A DNA stretch of 64,000 nucleotides from Saccostrea echinata (lineage: Eukaryota): the NCBI RefSeq assembly GCF_033153115.1, contig NW_026889750.1, forward strand, positions 5,828,001-5,892,000. Direction: 5' to 3'. The notes below the pieces were generated by a model. That model saw only the letters and a list, made by a program, of their open reading frames with translations. It was not told where the DNA came from and made no database searches. Below, in pieces: positions 27,181 through 39,599 of this stretch (the first letter of the stretch is position 1; every line of letters begins with the position of its first letter). The translations under genes and the position numbers were made by a program.

Positions 27181-28271
27181 TCTGAGGACTTATCTGTTGA
27201 TTTACATAAGGTAGTAATGAATCAAAAGAGAAATCGTGTATTAAAAGTTTATTGTAAGACCGATGCCCATGACTACGCTTAGGTCTCTGTGTATGGTTAA
27301 AAAGTCCCATCACATTTAACATTGTTACACTGTGGACTGGAAAGATTCCCAACACTATCAACACTGTCATTGCGTCCATAGGGAAAGGCCGTGCCTAGTT
27401 TCTAATCCAATATTCTTATCGTTGTCTACGGAAAGGTGTACTCAGTGAAGGACTGTTTGTATGATGGTAAATCTTTTTCTAGAATTCTAACGTTCATTGG
27501 CAAATTATTTTTGTATTTAACTGGTCTAAAACAAGGGCATAACAATTTAATGGATATATCAGTCAAAAGCTACCCAACGATAGGTTGTATTTGTCATATT
27601 AACGATTAAAGACTTTTGTGAAATGCTGATGACTTTTAAGGATATAGTTGAAACCCTCTAACATCAACTTATTTGTCAGTAGCCTACTTCGGTTTAAAAA
27701 TCATCGTATTCAGAACTTGTCATGCGTACTGAATCAACACTATGCAATTGACTGTGAAATAGTATACAAACATATATAGTGCATAAATAGGCTAGGGAAA
27801 GCTGACGATGGAAAAGATGAAGTCATCCCGTTTGACATACATGTATACATTTAGTTGAGATTAAACCGATTTACAAATTCAATGCATTCTGTTTTCAGTG
27901 ATTCTTGTTGACATTCCTACTAAAGTGAAAGAATAGAATCCATATTTTCCTTCAAAGCATAGCTTCAAATCATAGTTTCTGTCTACTCAAAATAAAGAAT
28001 CCTTAATGTCGTGAACATAAAGGCAAAATGGCTTTTAAAATAATTTTCAGTTCTGATAAAAAACTTTTTGTGAATATGAACTTGGAATTATATATTAATT
28101 CTGAAACTTTGTACTTTTTATTGTATTTTTTCATACATGAGTAACTGCTTTTCTTGCTGGACCTACCCAATATCGAGTTAAATCGATGAACAAGGGGCAA
28201 GGAGGAGATAAAACCTTGATGACAAACTTTGCAACTGAATTTAAAAATATAAATTCTGCATCTATGAATTC

Positions 28272-28639
28272 TTAATTAAAACAAACATTCTTCAAGTGAT
28301 TCTCTAAAGATTCTCCTGTTCTAAGTCCCTTTCCACAACGAAAACACATAACAAAGCTTTTTTTGCTGTGTGAAAGCATGTGTTTTTTCAGGAAGCTTTG
28401 GTAAGGAAACATCTTGTTACAGGTTGGACACTTAAAGTTGGATTTTTGTCCATGTACAGCTGTTACATGATACTTCAGGGCGTACACAGAACTGAATTCA
28501 CGTCCACATTCCCAACAAAAATCCGGTTTTCCATGAAATTTCACTTCCTGAAGGTGTCTGTTGAAAGCAGACTCATTTAAAAACCGTTCCTTACAAACGA
28601 TGCACGATCTGTCCCTTACTGGCAGCTCTTCTCTTTTTT
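28272..28639 (-). CDS. Variable terminal exon 1 (most distal): 4 zinc fingers, last C2HC
   Basis: Acceptor tttttaattacag at 28640-28641, phase 1; own stop; paralogue of 30849-31237. Confidence 0.85.
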
Positions 28640-29169
28640 CTGTAATTAAAAATTGAAAGTGAATATTTTTGCAGTAAAATATATTTGATTGTAACAAATT
28701 ATAACTATCAAATTCTTTGAATCATTAATAGAGTTAATTAAAAATAAAAGTAAGTCACTAGCAACATGTGAAGTCTCATATGAATCTCCATTCGTACATA
28801 TGACCTATCCATTGCCACATAAAAGTTCATGTCAAATGAAACAAAAGAGTCTACTTTTGAGTAAAACATCAGTCATTTATTCGTTCTCATTCAATGCCTG
28901 GTGAGACAATATACCAATAGCTGTAAAAGTTAAGTACATTGCGGTGGTTTTAATTTCACAAATATATCTGTTCAAGTTAAAATGCTGTTTTACTGTTTTG
29001 TAACAGTAAAAAGAAGTAAAAAAAAGTATCATGTCATTTTTAAACTCTTTTAATAAAATGATGATCATATTTTGTCACATTTTATTGGAATGTCTATGAA
29101 GTGCCTGGTAAATAAAAGATCAACTTTTATGTCACTTAAAATACCTGTCTTTGTACAAACTTTATGATT

Positions 29170-29370
29170 TTATATCAGAAAATCTTACGCTGAATTGTCT
29201 ATGTTTTTTCACGTTTACTCGATTACGACAAGGGGCACACAGCGGCGGTGACTGGTCCAAGGGGGAATCTTACTCCTTCGTGGCACCTGCTCCCACCTCT
29301 GATATTTTTAGAGGTCCGTGTTTGCTCTGATCACAATTTGTAATTTGAGCTTGATCACTGTTCTTTATCT
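29170..29370 (+). mobile_element. Solo Penelope-like 3'-end fragment
   Basis: GGGGCACACAGCGGCGGTGACTGGTC...CCCACCTCTGATATTTTTAGAGGTCCGTGTTTGC. Confidence 0.7.
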
Positions 29371-30848
29371 TAATAATTTATGAATTAATTTCCCATTAAT
29401 AAGATGGGGACATTTTGGGGTGTCATGATTCATTTACCTAAAATAACCATAATCTGAATTTTAGCATATCCTCAAGAAGATCATTTTTTATCCGTAGTTC
29501 ATTCAAGGACATCAACATCTTTCCATATCATAAGTAGAAAAGGAGATGTAGAATAATGAAATTAAAAGTTTGGTATGTATTGTTTACAAACTTTAAACAA
29601 AATAAAGGAATCCTTCCAATAATTAACTTTTAAAATGTTAGTTTCCATACAATACACATGAAGACGCTTAAAACCAATTTCTTTCTTTGGCATCACTTGA
29701 CAAAAAAGAAGTTATCCTTTAAATGTCTATCTGTTCCATAGCAATAAATCGACAAGGAACATGAGAAATCTTTATGACACCTATCACAGGTTTGGCAGCA
29801 AATTTGCATGCATTTTTGTTTTGATTTGCTTTTTGGTCCAAATGGCTGTGTAAAGAAAATAAAATTTCACCGAAATTCAGATCTCTAAATATTCCTAAGT
29901 TGACAAGGATGGATGTCATCATATACGACTGAACAACACTGATATAACAGTAAAATAATATACTTGCATCAGATTTGCCTTTGCCACTCCTCACCAAACC
30001 TCCCAAAATTTGAATCGTTGAAAAAAGATAATAAGGATGAAGTGTTTTACACCAGTGTGTGTTTTTATTGAATTCAAAACTTTCAAAGATATTCATCAAT
30101 TTAAAGAATTTAATATGTAAAGTAAGATGAAGATTCTGAACATTCAATACACACTACTAGTATGTGACTCTCAATACACAAACTTCAATAATATACTTAA
30201 ACACAAACAGATTTCAAATATAAACTAAGATCATAATAATAACACAACCCTGGCTTTAAGAAGTACATCAACGAATACATAAAAGAAGCTGTTCTTTATC
30301 TTTAGGCTCTTTCACAAAACATTCATCAAAAATAAACTATAACTGTACATTATATACTCCCAGAGGACCTATGCCTCCGTGTATGAAAAATGCAGACATA
30401 TATCTAAAATACTCAAATATAGACCTTTGTTTTATACATGGCTTTTACTCAAGGTATAACAAAAAAGCACACCCTCTACATCTAATTTTAAAGATCCTGA
30501 AACGAGCGATTTGCATTGGAGTTTCATGAAAGCATTTTTTCTGGATCTCGATATTCTTCAAACTTTGGTCATTAAAGGTTTGATTGAATAGGCATGCTCA
30601 CAATCTAGGCGTATTAAGAAAAAGTCAAGAAAAGATGACAACAGGAAAGGAAGAAGGAAAGTAGAAAGATTGTCCCCTGAATACAAGTTTGTGCCGAGTA
30701 CAGTCTTAAATGTGGTACATTTTAGTGTATTCTCATATTTTATTCTCTACAACTATGCATTTTGCTGAAGTTGCCCAAACTGAAGATGACATACTACTTA
30801 AAGAGAATGAAAGAAAAGATAAACTGTTTGTGAGCTCATTTTTATTTT

Positions 30849-31237
30849 TTACTCAGAACTGCTTATTTTACAAACATTTTTCAAGTGGTACCCTAAAGAT
30901 TCCCTCGTTCTCAATGCCTTACCACAGCGACTACAAATGAACAAAGCCTTTTGGTTGTGTGAAAGTATGTGTTTTTTCAGGAAGCTTTGGTATGGAAACC
31001 TTTTGTGACAGATTGGACACTTGAAGTTGGATTGTTGTCCATGGACAGCTGTCACATGATACTTGAGGGCGTTCACAGAACTGAATTCACGTCCACATTC
31101 CCAACATAAATGAGGTTTTCCATGAAATTTCTCTTCAAGAAGGTGTCTCTTGAAAGCTGACTCGTTTAAAAACTGTTCCTTGCATACTATGCACGATCTG
31201 GTCTTTTTAGAGAAATCTTCCCCTCTCGTTTCAGAAA
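30849..31237 (-). CDS. Variable terminal exon 2: 4 zinc fingers, last C2HC
   Basis: Acceptor ctttctttttccag at 31238-31239, phase 1; own stop. Confidence 0.87.
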
Positions 31238-34200
31238 CTGGAAAAAGAAAGTGATCTTCTGTTAATCGAAATGTTTTTGATTGTTGCATTTTATTTTCAA
31301 TCATATTCTCTAAACGATTAATACGATACTTATTGACACATGTTACACAAAAAATATTGGATGCATGGATTAATAAATATTTTTGGATATTTTTACGTTG
31401 TAAATTATGCATATATTAAATATCTAAAATATTAACGAATCGTAGACTCTATGACGTCCAAATTTCTTCCTTTTTGCTATCACCCCTATAAATCTTCACA
31501 ATTTTCTATCACTTTATAGAACATTAACGAGAAACCTTCATGAAAAAAAGAAACTCTGTGCAGTTAAACTTAATCATTTTACTTGTAAAAAATATATATT
31601 TATTTATTTCCATGATTTTTGAAAAAGTTTGTATTATCTGTCCGTAAGTGAGCTTTTTTGGTTTGTGTTAAGACACAAACACAAAAAATCCCAATTCACT
31701 GCTAATGTTCCTATTCATTCAAATTATTATGTACACGAAGTGAAGCAAAATGTCTACCTTAGAAAAATATTTATCTTTCGTAGATTCTCAGTGTCTGATA
31801 GGATTTCATAAGGTTATTTCTTACCATGTGAATAAAACAATTAACAGCATTTAAAATAATATAATTCTCTCTATTTTTTTGTATCCATTGGACAATGGCT
31901 GTTTGATTTTTATATTTTTATTTGTACTAACTTCTTGCTCTGATGAAAGAAAAAAATTTCACATTTTTAAGTAAATTATTCTGCTATTGAACAACGTAGG
32001 CTTTTGTCAGGTATGATCTCTTACAAATTAAATTAAAAGAAAATAATGAACAATAATCAAGATCATTATCCAATTAAACAACAAAATTGAGAGCAGAGAT
32101 ACAAAGACCTCTTGAAAAAAACAGACACTCGCAGTGGCCTCTTGAAATACATTGAATACACATTATCTTGATTTTGGTACCTAGTACAACTATATCATAA
32201 AGTATGTCGTTTACAGAAAATTATTGCATTCTTCGGAGTCGAAGAAACTAACTCTAATACATTTTTAAATAGCATTATTGCAATATTTGAAAACAGATTG
32301 TCATAAGAAAATACGGAAATGATGGACAATTATCACTTTCATGTTGCACTGTTTAAGTCAGAAACAAAATCAAATCGCTGACTTGAAAATATACATGGGG
32401 AAAACCCTTTATTTAAACCGATTTCTTTTTTTTTAGACAATACGGGTGTTATATTTTATATGTCTATCTGTTCTGTAGCATAATATAGGCAATGAATGAA
32501 TAAATCTATTTTGACGGCATAATTGCATGACTTGCATCCATTTGTTCATCGTCTTAAATTAAGAATATGATTAAAAAATATAATTTCTACTGGCAATTAC
32601 AACTCCCAGCATCTCTTAATGGACGAAAATGGATATATGTATATTAGACTGAACAAAACACAGATAGTACATAATTTGTCTTTCTCGTGCCTTTTAAATC
32701 CCAAATAATAATTAACTCCTTGGAAAAATAACAAATAAGTGATCAAATGAGATTTTTATTGACTACTAATCTCCTTTTTTAATAATAAATCTAAAGCATT
32801 ACAACAGAATATGTCAAGAAAAAATTAAGATTTTAAACATTCAAGAAACACCCGCGGTTCTCCATGTAATATACAATCTTCAAAAAATCTTGAAAGCTTT
32901 AACATAGACACATTCAAAAAACACTCAACGCTATTAAATATACAACATTGGAATTATTAAGTTCTACATCAAGGCATACAAGTATTAAAGCTGGTTTTGA
33001 TAATTTGGCTTTTTCATAAAACATTTAAAAAGGGCTAGAACTGTACATGTCCGTGATGGTCCCTATTCCCTCTGAAGAATGCAAACAATGAGATATTCTT
33101 AAAATACTCTTTCCCTGCACTTCACATTCAAATATATTTACTTTTGTCTATGACTTTCACTCAAGGATAACATACCGTTGTCGAATAAAACAAAATTCTT
33201 TGTGAACAAAAATAACTCAGACATTTTGAAACCTCAACGTTAATCTCAACATTTCCTATGAATAAGCCAGTTTGGACAACCATTTAAGAACACTAATGCG
33301 TCACAGAGAGCATAAATACTGAAACGAAAGCTATCCAGGAACAAACTCTAAGCACTGACTATCTGCACTACTTTGGATCATGTAATTTTCGCAACACCTT
33401 ATTTTTACAAAATTGCTATTTTGCATTTATGAGAGAGACGAATTTCGGTCATTACTCTGTAAACTTTAATAATACTTATTACCCAGGAATGAAATTTTCG
33501 AGAAACAGAAAGTGTCACGTTATTATATGAAAATAAAATTCTAGCGAATAAAAAGTGATTTACAGTATTTATGTCAAAATTGAAAAATCAATTTAATATT
33601 TGTAATTGATGACATAACTTTTTAATGTGTTCTCTACAATTCAGTCTTTACAGTTTGGTCCTTTTTAAATGACAATACTTTTTGGATCAGTCGCATATTT
33701 CATCTGAAGTGTTTTCACCATATCCTTCATAAATCATTATCTCGTCTGAAAATTTGTGACCTTCAATATCAAAATGATAAACACCAGCTGATTATTCTGA
33801 TACACACTGGACAAGACCAACCTAAATGTAAACTGCTGTGTTTTGACCATTAAGCATCAGAAATTCTAAGGGCAGCAAGATATCAACTTGATGAAGATAT
33901 ATGCTACATGTCGTTTGGGATCAAGAAAAAATTAAAGTGGTTGATTCCACGAGGATGAGCTGTCATTAGTAATTGAAATTGATTACTGACATCCCAAGTA
34001 CAACTTTGTACATATCTTTGTGAAATCTTACTAAAATGGATTAACTGTACAATTTTACCTCTCTTTAAAAGAGCGTTTGTTTAACTCCATTTGAACTACA
34101 GATCAGTAATTTGTATACCATGAAAAACACAAAAAACTCTTCAAGCAAGTTCAAGTTCAAATCACCTTTCATCTCGCGAGTATTCGAACTTATGAGTTTT

Positions 34201-34336
34201 GAGAACGTTTATTACAGACCTTTTGTACAATATTTACAAGTATAACGTGTTCATACCACCTTACATGCATTTCTGATGCCAATCTATCAATCAAAGAATA
34301 AGATGTAAGTATAGAATCGTGTTTTACAGCCATACG

Positions 34337-34719
34337 CTATTTTTCCGAGGAATTTAAGATTAGATGGTCAGGATTCTTCCTCAAATGTGAGCTAAGATGA
34401 GTTCTAGATGGAAACTTTTTCTTGCAGGATTTACAAGGATACTTATTGTTTCCCACTAAGTGAGTGGTACCTAGGTGGTATTTTAGGGCAGTTTTGGAGT
34501 TGAATGGTTTTCCGCACAGAGAGCAGACGAGATCTGCGTCAAAGTTGTGGTAATTTACATCCAATAGATGTTGGTTAAATTTGGATTTCTTGAATCCTCT
34601 GCGGCAGGTGTGGCAGGTGACTTCGTTTCTTTCTTTGTCTGGAAAATTTTTCTTCTTCTTCCCAAGGCTTACCTTAGTCTTAGGCGGGTTGTAAACTTCA
34701 TTTGTTTCAAGGAAATAAA
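34337..34719 (-). CDS. Variable terminal exon 3: 3 zinc fingers
   Basis: Acceptor ttttatttcag at 34720-34721, phase 1. The frame is open upstream of the listed ORF (…KKKKNFPDKERNEVTCHTCRRGFKKSKFNQHLLDVNYH…). Confidence 0.85.
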
Positions 34720-36665
34720 CTGAAATAAAATGAAATGAATATATTCTTTACCGTTAAAACATAACATTTAACAATACTATAAAACTTCTTCTTTGATGTT
34801 TAATTAAAATATATATATAGCAAGGAAAATGTCAGAAATGGTAAAACAAACACAATTTTACTTTTTTTTCTTTCTTTTAGATTTTAAGTTATATAAAATA
34901 AACTCTTAACATCAAAACGAAAGCAATAAAGACTCTTTACAGGAGAATTTTATCTGTATGTCTGAAATTCTACTTTTTCTTATTAACAATAGGCGACTGG
35001 TCCTTATATTCGCCTCAGTTAAAAAACCTTCAAGGAATAAATAATAAACAAATGTGAACAGCCCTAAATCTCACAAGCTTTTCGTGTTTATCTATTATAA
35101 ACTAATACCCTTAAAAATTGAGTTTATCCATCGTTCAAAGTGACCTTTATCTTTGGAAAATATCCTTGAATTGTATAGCTAAAAATTATTATAGCCATGT
35201 ATGTGCTTTTAGACAAGTATGAGTTTAAATATTCAAGTTATGGACCAAATTTAGCTCCATGCTTTCATTTCACATTTGACCTCAATGCATCAAAATTTAT
35301 ACTTACTAACTTATGGACCCAATGTGCAAAATAAATTTCTCTAGCGAAACCATTCTCCAAATATTGCACAGAAAACTTAACTTCTACTTATTACTACAAA
35401 AAGGCCACCTTATCAAACCCTAGAACATTTTAAACTCAATGAACAAACCATCTTAAAACATTCTAAGGTTAATGAATATGATATCCCAACCCAAAACGTT
35501 CCAAACTTAAAGGATATCTTTATCCAAAACATTCCAAAATTAATACACAGAGACAAAAATCTTTTTACTAAATACATGTAGCACCAGAGGTACTTCTACC
35601 TATTTACCCCCAATTGAAAGACAGTCCCAGCACTTCAAAAGGCCAACCTATGATGATGATGATGTAAACATTACAGAACTATACATTTACAGGCTACTGA
35701 TTTACTAAACTAATATCAAGTGAGGTTTTTATCCAACTAGCACATTATACAGATATGGGCGTCCCAAAACAAACCTTTCTGAATTCGAAGATATTGTATA
35801 TTTATCAATTTTTTTTGTTTCCCCTCATATACAATACATTGTATTTGGTTAGAATTACTTTTTTGAGATGAAGATGAAAATGTTCATCAGATGACGCACT
35901 TTGCACTAGCGCAACAGGAACATATAGGAATTGATATTCCGAATAAGGCACCCAATTCACTCGAATGAAGTAACAGAATTGCATGGATAGATACCCACAT
36001 CATGATTTTCATCCATACGAAGATTCAGAAAAAAAGACCTATCAATTGATCAAAAATTGAAATGATTAAAATAAAAATAAATAAAAAGGCTTAAAATTCC
36101 TCATACATTGACCTTCTTTTAATGCTATTGAAGTGGGTCAGAGCACGCCTCGACATAAGCTTCTGTTGTGCAAAATGTAATTTTTTGAAGGAAGTCTCTA
36201 TTTTTTAGGAATCTATCTTCAATCATGGAGCATAAAGGGGGAAAACACATTTGGAATAATAATTTAAATATAACTTTTATTTTCCAAGGAAAAATCAATT
36301 GCAAGCATTGATTTACGATAAAAAAAAATCCACAGTTTTTCGCATTTCTGCCTAAGATTTTATTATTCCTGTGAAAGTTTAAGCACATATTTTCTTTACT
36401 AACATTTTTCTTAGCAAATAGATGACACTTAAAATAGATTGCCTATTGCAGAACTTTGCTAATCAGCAACAATAGACATGACTTGTGAAGTAAGGTTTCT
36501 GTTTTTTTTTTTAACATAGAAGCGCTTTTCAAAAAGCTGTTATTCCACTACTAGCATTAATCGTAGAGAACTTCTTCCTTTCCTTTTCCTATTTCTAGCT
36601 GTCCGTAAACATTTATATAGTAAGATCCCTTATTACCGGTAAACTTGTACAACCTGGAACAACTT

Positions 36666-36964
36666 CTACTGGGTTTCTGAGTGACTCTTCATGTGATTAT
36701 TGAGGTGTGTTCTGCTTGGATAACTCTTCCCACATAGATAACAACAGTGAACTTCTTCTCCTTCATTGTGAACAGTGGAGAGATGATACTTTAAGGCTGT
36801 CTTCGAGTTGTAAGGTTTTCCGCATCTCATACAAATTATCTTATGGCCATGGTTATCAACCTTTACTAGATGCTGCCTGAATGCAGGGCGGAATACTTCT
36901 TCATCGCATATATAACACCGAACGTGATCTCCACTTACTTGTCCCACCTTTCCAACTATCTCTC
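36666..36964 (-). CDS. Variable terminal exon 4: 3 zinc fingers
   Basis: Acceptor tcctcttctattacag at 36965-36966, phase 1. Confidence 0.87.
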
Positions 36965-37677
36965 CTGTAATAGAAGAGGAAAAATTGGATAAAATAACCT
37001 TTACGTCGATTTCTAATAACTGAGAAGTACTCTCATTCCCCCAAGAATGCAATTCAAAGGTTTTATTTGGTAACTCATTTTCACGCAAAAAACCCCCCCA
37101 GATCAATCCATTACTGATTTTAAAAGAAAATAAATATAATTCTACTACGATTATTGCCGAGATCAAAGAAATGCCGCGGACATTATTCTCCAATAAATCA
37201 CGAACGTCATCAAAAAATTATCAGATCAGAAACACATGTCAAATCTGTACAGTTGAAATAAATATTTCACTGTATAATCTAATACTTATATAAACCACAT
37301 CGATGTGTCGTCTTCCGCAGTCTAAACGTGTGTATTGCCTGAAACAGCTGATAAATATCCGTTTTTATAGCCAAGTTGGGCTGTTCTATGGACCTCCCCA
37401 CAACATTTACACTCCCGTGATTTTACTGATAAATCAATGAAATAGACAACTGGTTTTGTTATTTTTCATTCATAAAAATTAATCAATATATGATACAAGC
37501 AACTTTGTAAATAATTAAAGGATATTTTTAATCCAACGAAAGCTGAAATCATCTGCATTTAATGCAATCGATTGACCCTCTGGTGTTAAATGGAACAGCG
37601 AAATTGCGACATGGTGATCTAATTCGTTTCTCTATAGAGAAAACGATCAACTGTATTTTAGAGCCGTTAGTAGAATA

Positions 37678-37845
37678 GAAATAAAGTCCTTGTTGTCGTA
37701 AATGATGCAGGATAACCTCCTCGATCTCGAAATGTTGTCTGAAATATAAAAGCCTCGGCTAACGCCTCGGCTTTTATATTTCAGACAACATTTCTCGACC
37801 TCGGAGGTTATCCTGCAACATTCACGATAACGCGGACTTTATTTC
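37678..37845. repeat. ~168-bp palindrome, apex CTCGGCTAACGCCTCG
   Basis: GAAATGTTGTCTGAAATATAAAAGCC pairs perfectly with GGCTTTTATATTTCAGACAACATTTC; outer arms are imperfect. Confidence 0.9.
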
Positions 37846-38363
37846 TTAAATAACCACTCACCAAACTTAATTAGCAATGCAAACAAGCATCTTTTATGTC
37901 ACAATGGAATATTCTCAGAATATAAATTCTGAGGATGAAAATCGATACGCTTTGTCATGATCTGATTTAAATATATACATGTATATGTATGCTGTTCAAT
38001 TATCTACGTTCACATGATTGTTAACAAAACTGAATGCATAAAAAATTAATAAATAATAAATTTCATTTCAGTATTTTTAGAAAGATTTTAATAGCAACCC
38101 ATTAATATTTACATTTATACATTATACAATACTGAATACTCAATACAAAACTAACGATATTGTTTAATTTTTATTCACAAAATTCAAGTTCGCTCAGGTA
38201 CATGAAAGAGGTATCCGAAAAAAAAACAAGCGGATGAGGTTAAAAAAATATTTGTCACAACTTATTTTCTTTGTGTTTATTTTACAACATTTGAAACCAA
38301 ATGAAGACATATATGCTATAAAAGAAACTAAAAACTCTCTTCTATTGTATCTCTTCATTTCTT

Positions 38364-38758
38364 TCATTGTTTGTTACATTTATTATATTTCAAATGAACT
38401 CCCAAATTTGATTTGTGTTTGTATGACTTTTTACAGTGTGGACATGTAAAGCAAGCCTGGTCAGAATGACTCCGGGAGTGGTCCACAAGGTAGCTCTTTG
38501 TTGGAAATGTTCGGTCACACTTATCACATTTAAAATTGCTATAAAACGAATGTGCAGTTGATAGGTGATATTTCAGCGCTGATCGAGAATTGAATGGTTT
38601 ACTGCAGTGTAAACACATCTTCTTGTAGCCGTGGAATCTAACATTATGGATGTGTCTTGTCAAACCCTCAATGGATTGAAAATATGTATTGCATACATAA
38701 CACTGAGGGGGCACGTTGTGTTGGGCAGCTGCCGTTTCTACGGAAGGTGAGTCCTCAC
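38364..38758 (-). CDS. Variable terminal exon 5: 4 zinc fingers, last C2HC
   Basis: Acceptor tttattcgtag at 38759-38760, phase 1. Confidence 0.87.
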
Positions 38759-39165
38759 CTACGAATAAACCAAATTTTCATTATAGTCAGTGTATATCTT
38801 TTTTTTTTTTTTTTACTTTTTATTAAATTGTTTGAAGCACACTTTTAACTTCTATTGATATCTCATTTAAAGTTTTCGGGTATGTATAAGTTTTATTAAT
38901 AAACCTAAATTCTCACACAAGTCTTCATTACAATCAGATGTGAAAGGAAAACACAGTCGTGATCTTTTATCTGTTATTTTTATTTTCTTCCATATTGAAG
39001 CATTTAAAATACATTTAGTTGTACCTTCAACTATAGAGAAAAAGAAAGATTGCATATCACCAACAAACATTGAAAAAAAGCAGCCAACTAAATTAAAGAA
39101 AAATAGAAGTCAAGTCTGTGCTCTTTATAACTATACGAATTTCAAGTCAGTTATATGCATTTTCC

Positions 39166-39599
39166 TTATTTTGAATGTTTCAACCTACACGACTTTTCAT
39201 GACGCAACATCACGTGCTTATGTTTGAATTCACTTTTACACAAAGAACACTTCCAAGGTCTGTGATCAGAATGGACTTTTTTGTGCACCATTAACACAGA
39301 CTTTGCAGAGAATGCTTTATTACAGATATCACAACGTGGACAATCTTTCCCAGCTTCGTGTTCCATGCGCTGATGCTGTTGTTGACCAGTGATGGTCTTG
39401 AACCCTTTACCACATACTTGACATATCACTGCAAATCCATGATTGTGTACCGATTCATAGTGCTTTAACAAGACCTGGGTATTCGGAAAAATTACCAGAC
39501 AATATTTACAGAGAGAATTTTCAAACTGGGAGGGTACATCTGTCCTTATCGACCTTTTTTGTGTTACTAGTGCGTCGCGTATTCCTCTGCCCTGCGGTC
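39166..39599 (-). CDS. Variable terminal exon 6: 4 zinc fingers, last C2HC
   Basis: Acceptor ttttctatatttacag at 39600-39601, phase 1. Confidence 0.87.

Noticed and set aside
27181-27379. N-terminal extension of the 255-aa RT ORF
   Set aside because: Similarity to the element stops at ~27180; the extension is chance open frame in flank.
29719-30147. 142-aa minus-strand ORF inside the array
   Set aside because: No fingers, no clear acceptor, and it falls in a non-coding duplicated block whose second copy shows no comparable ORF.
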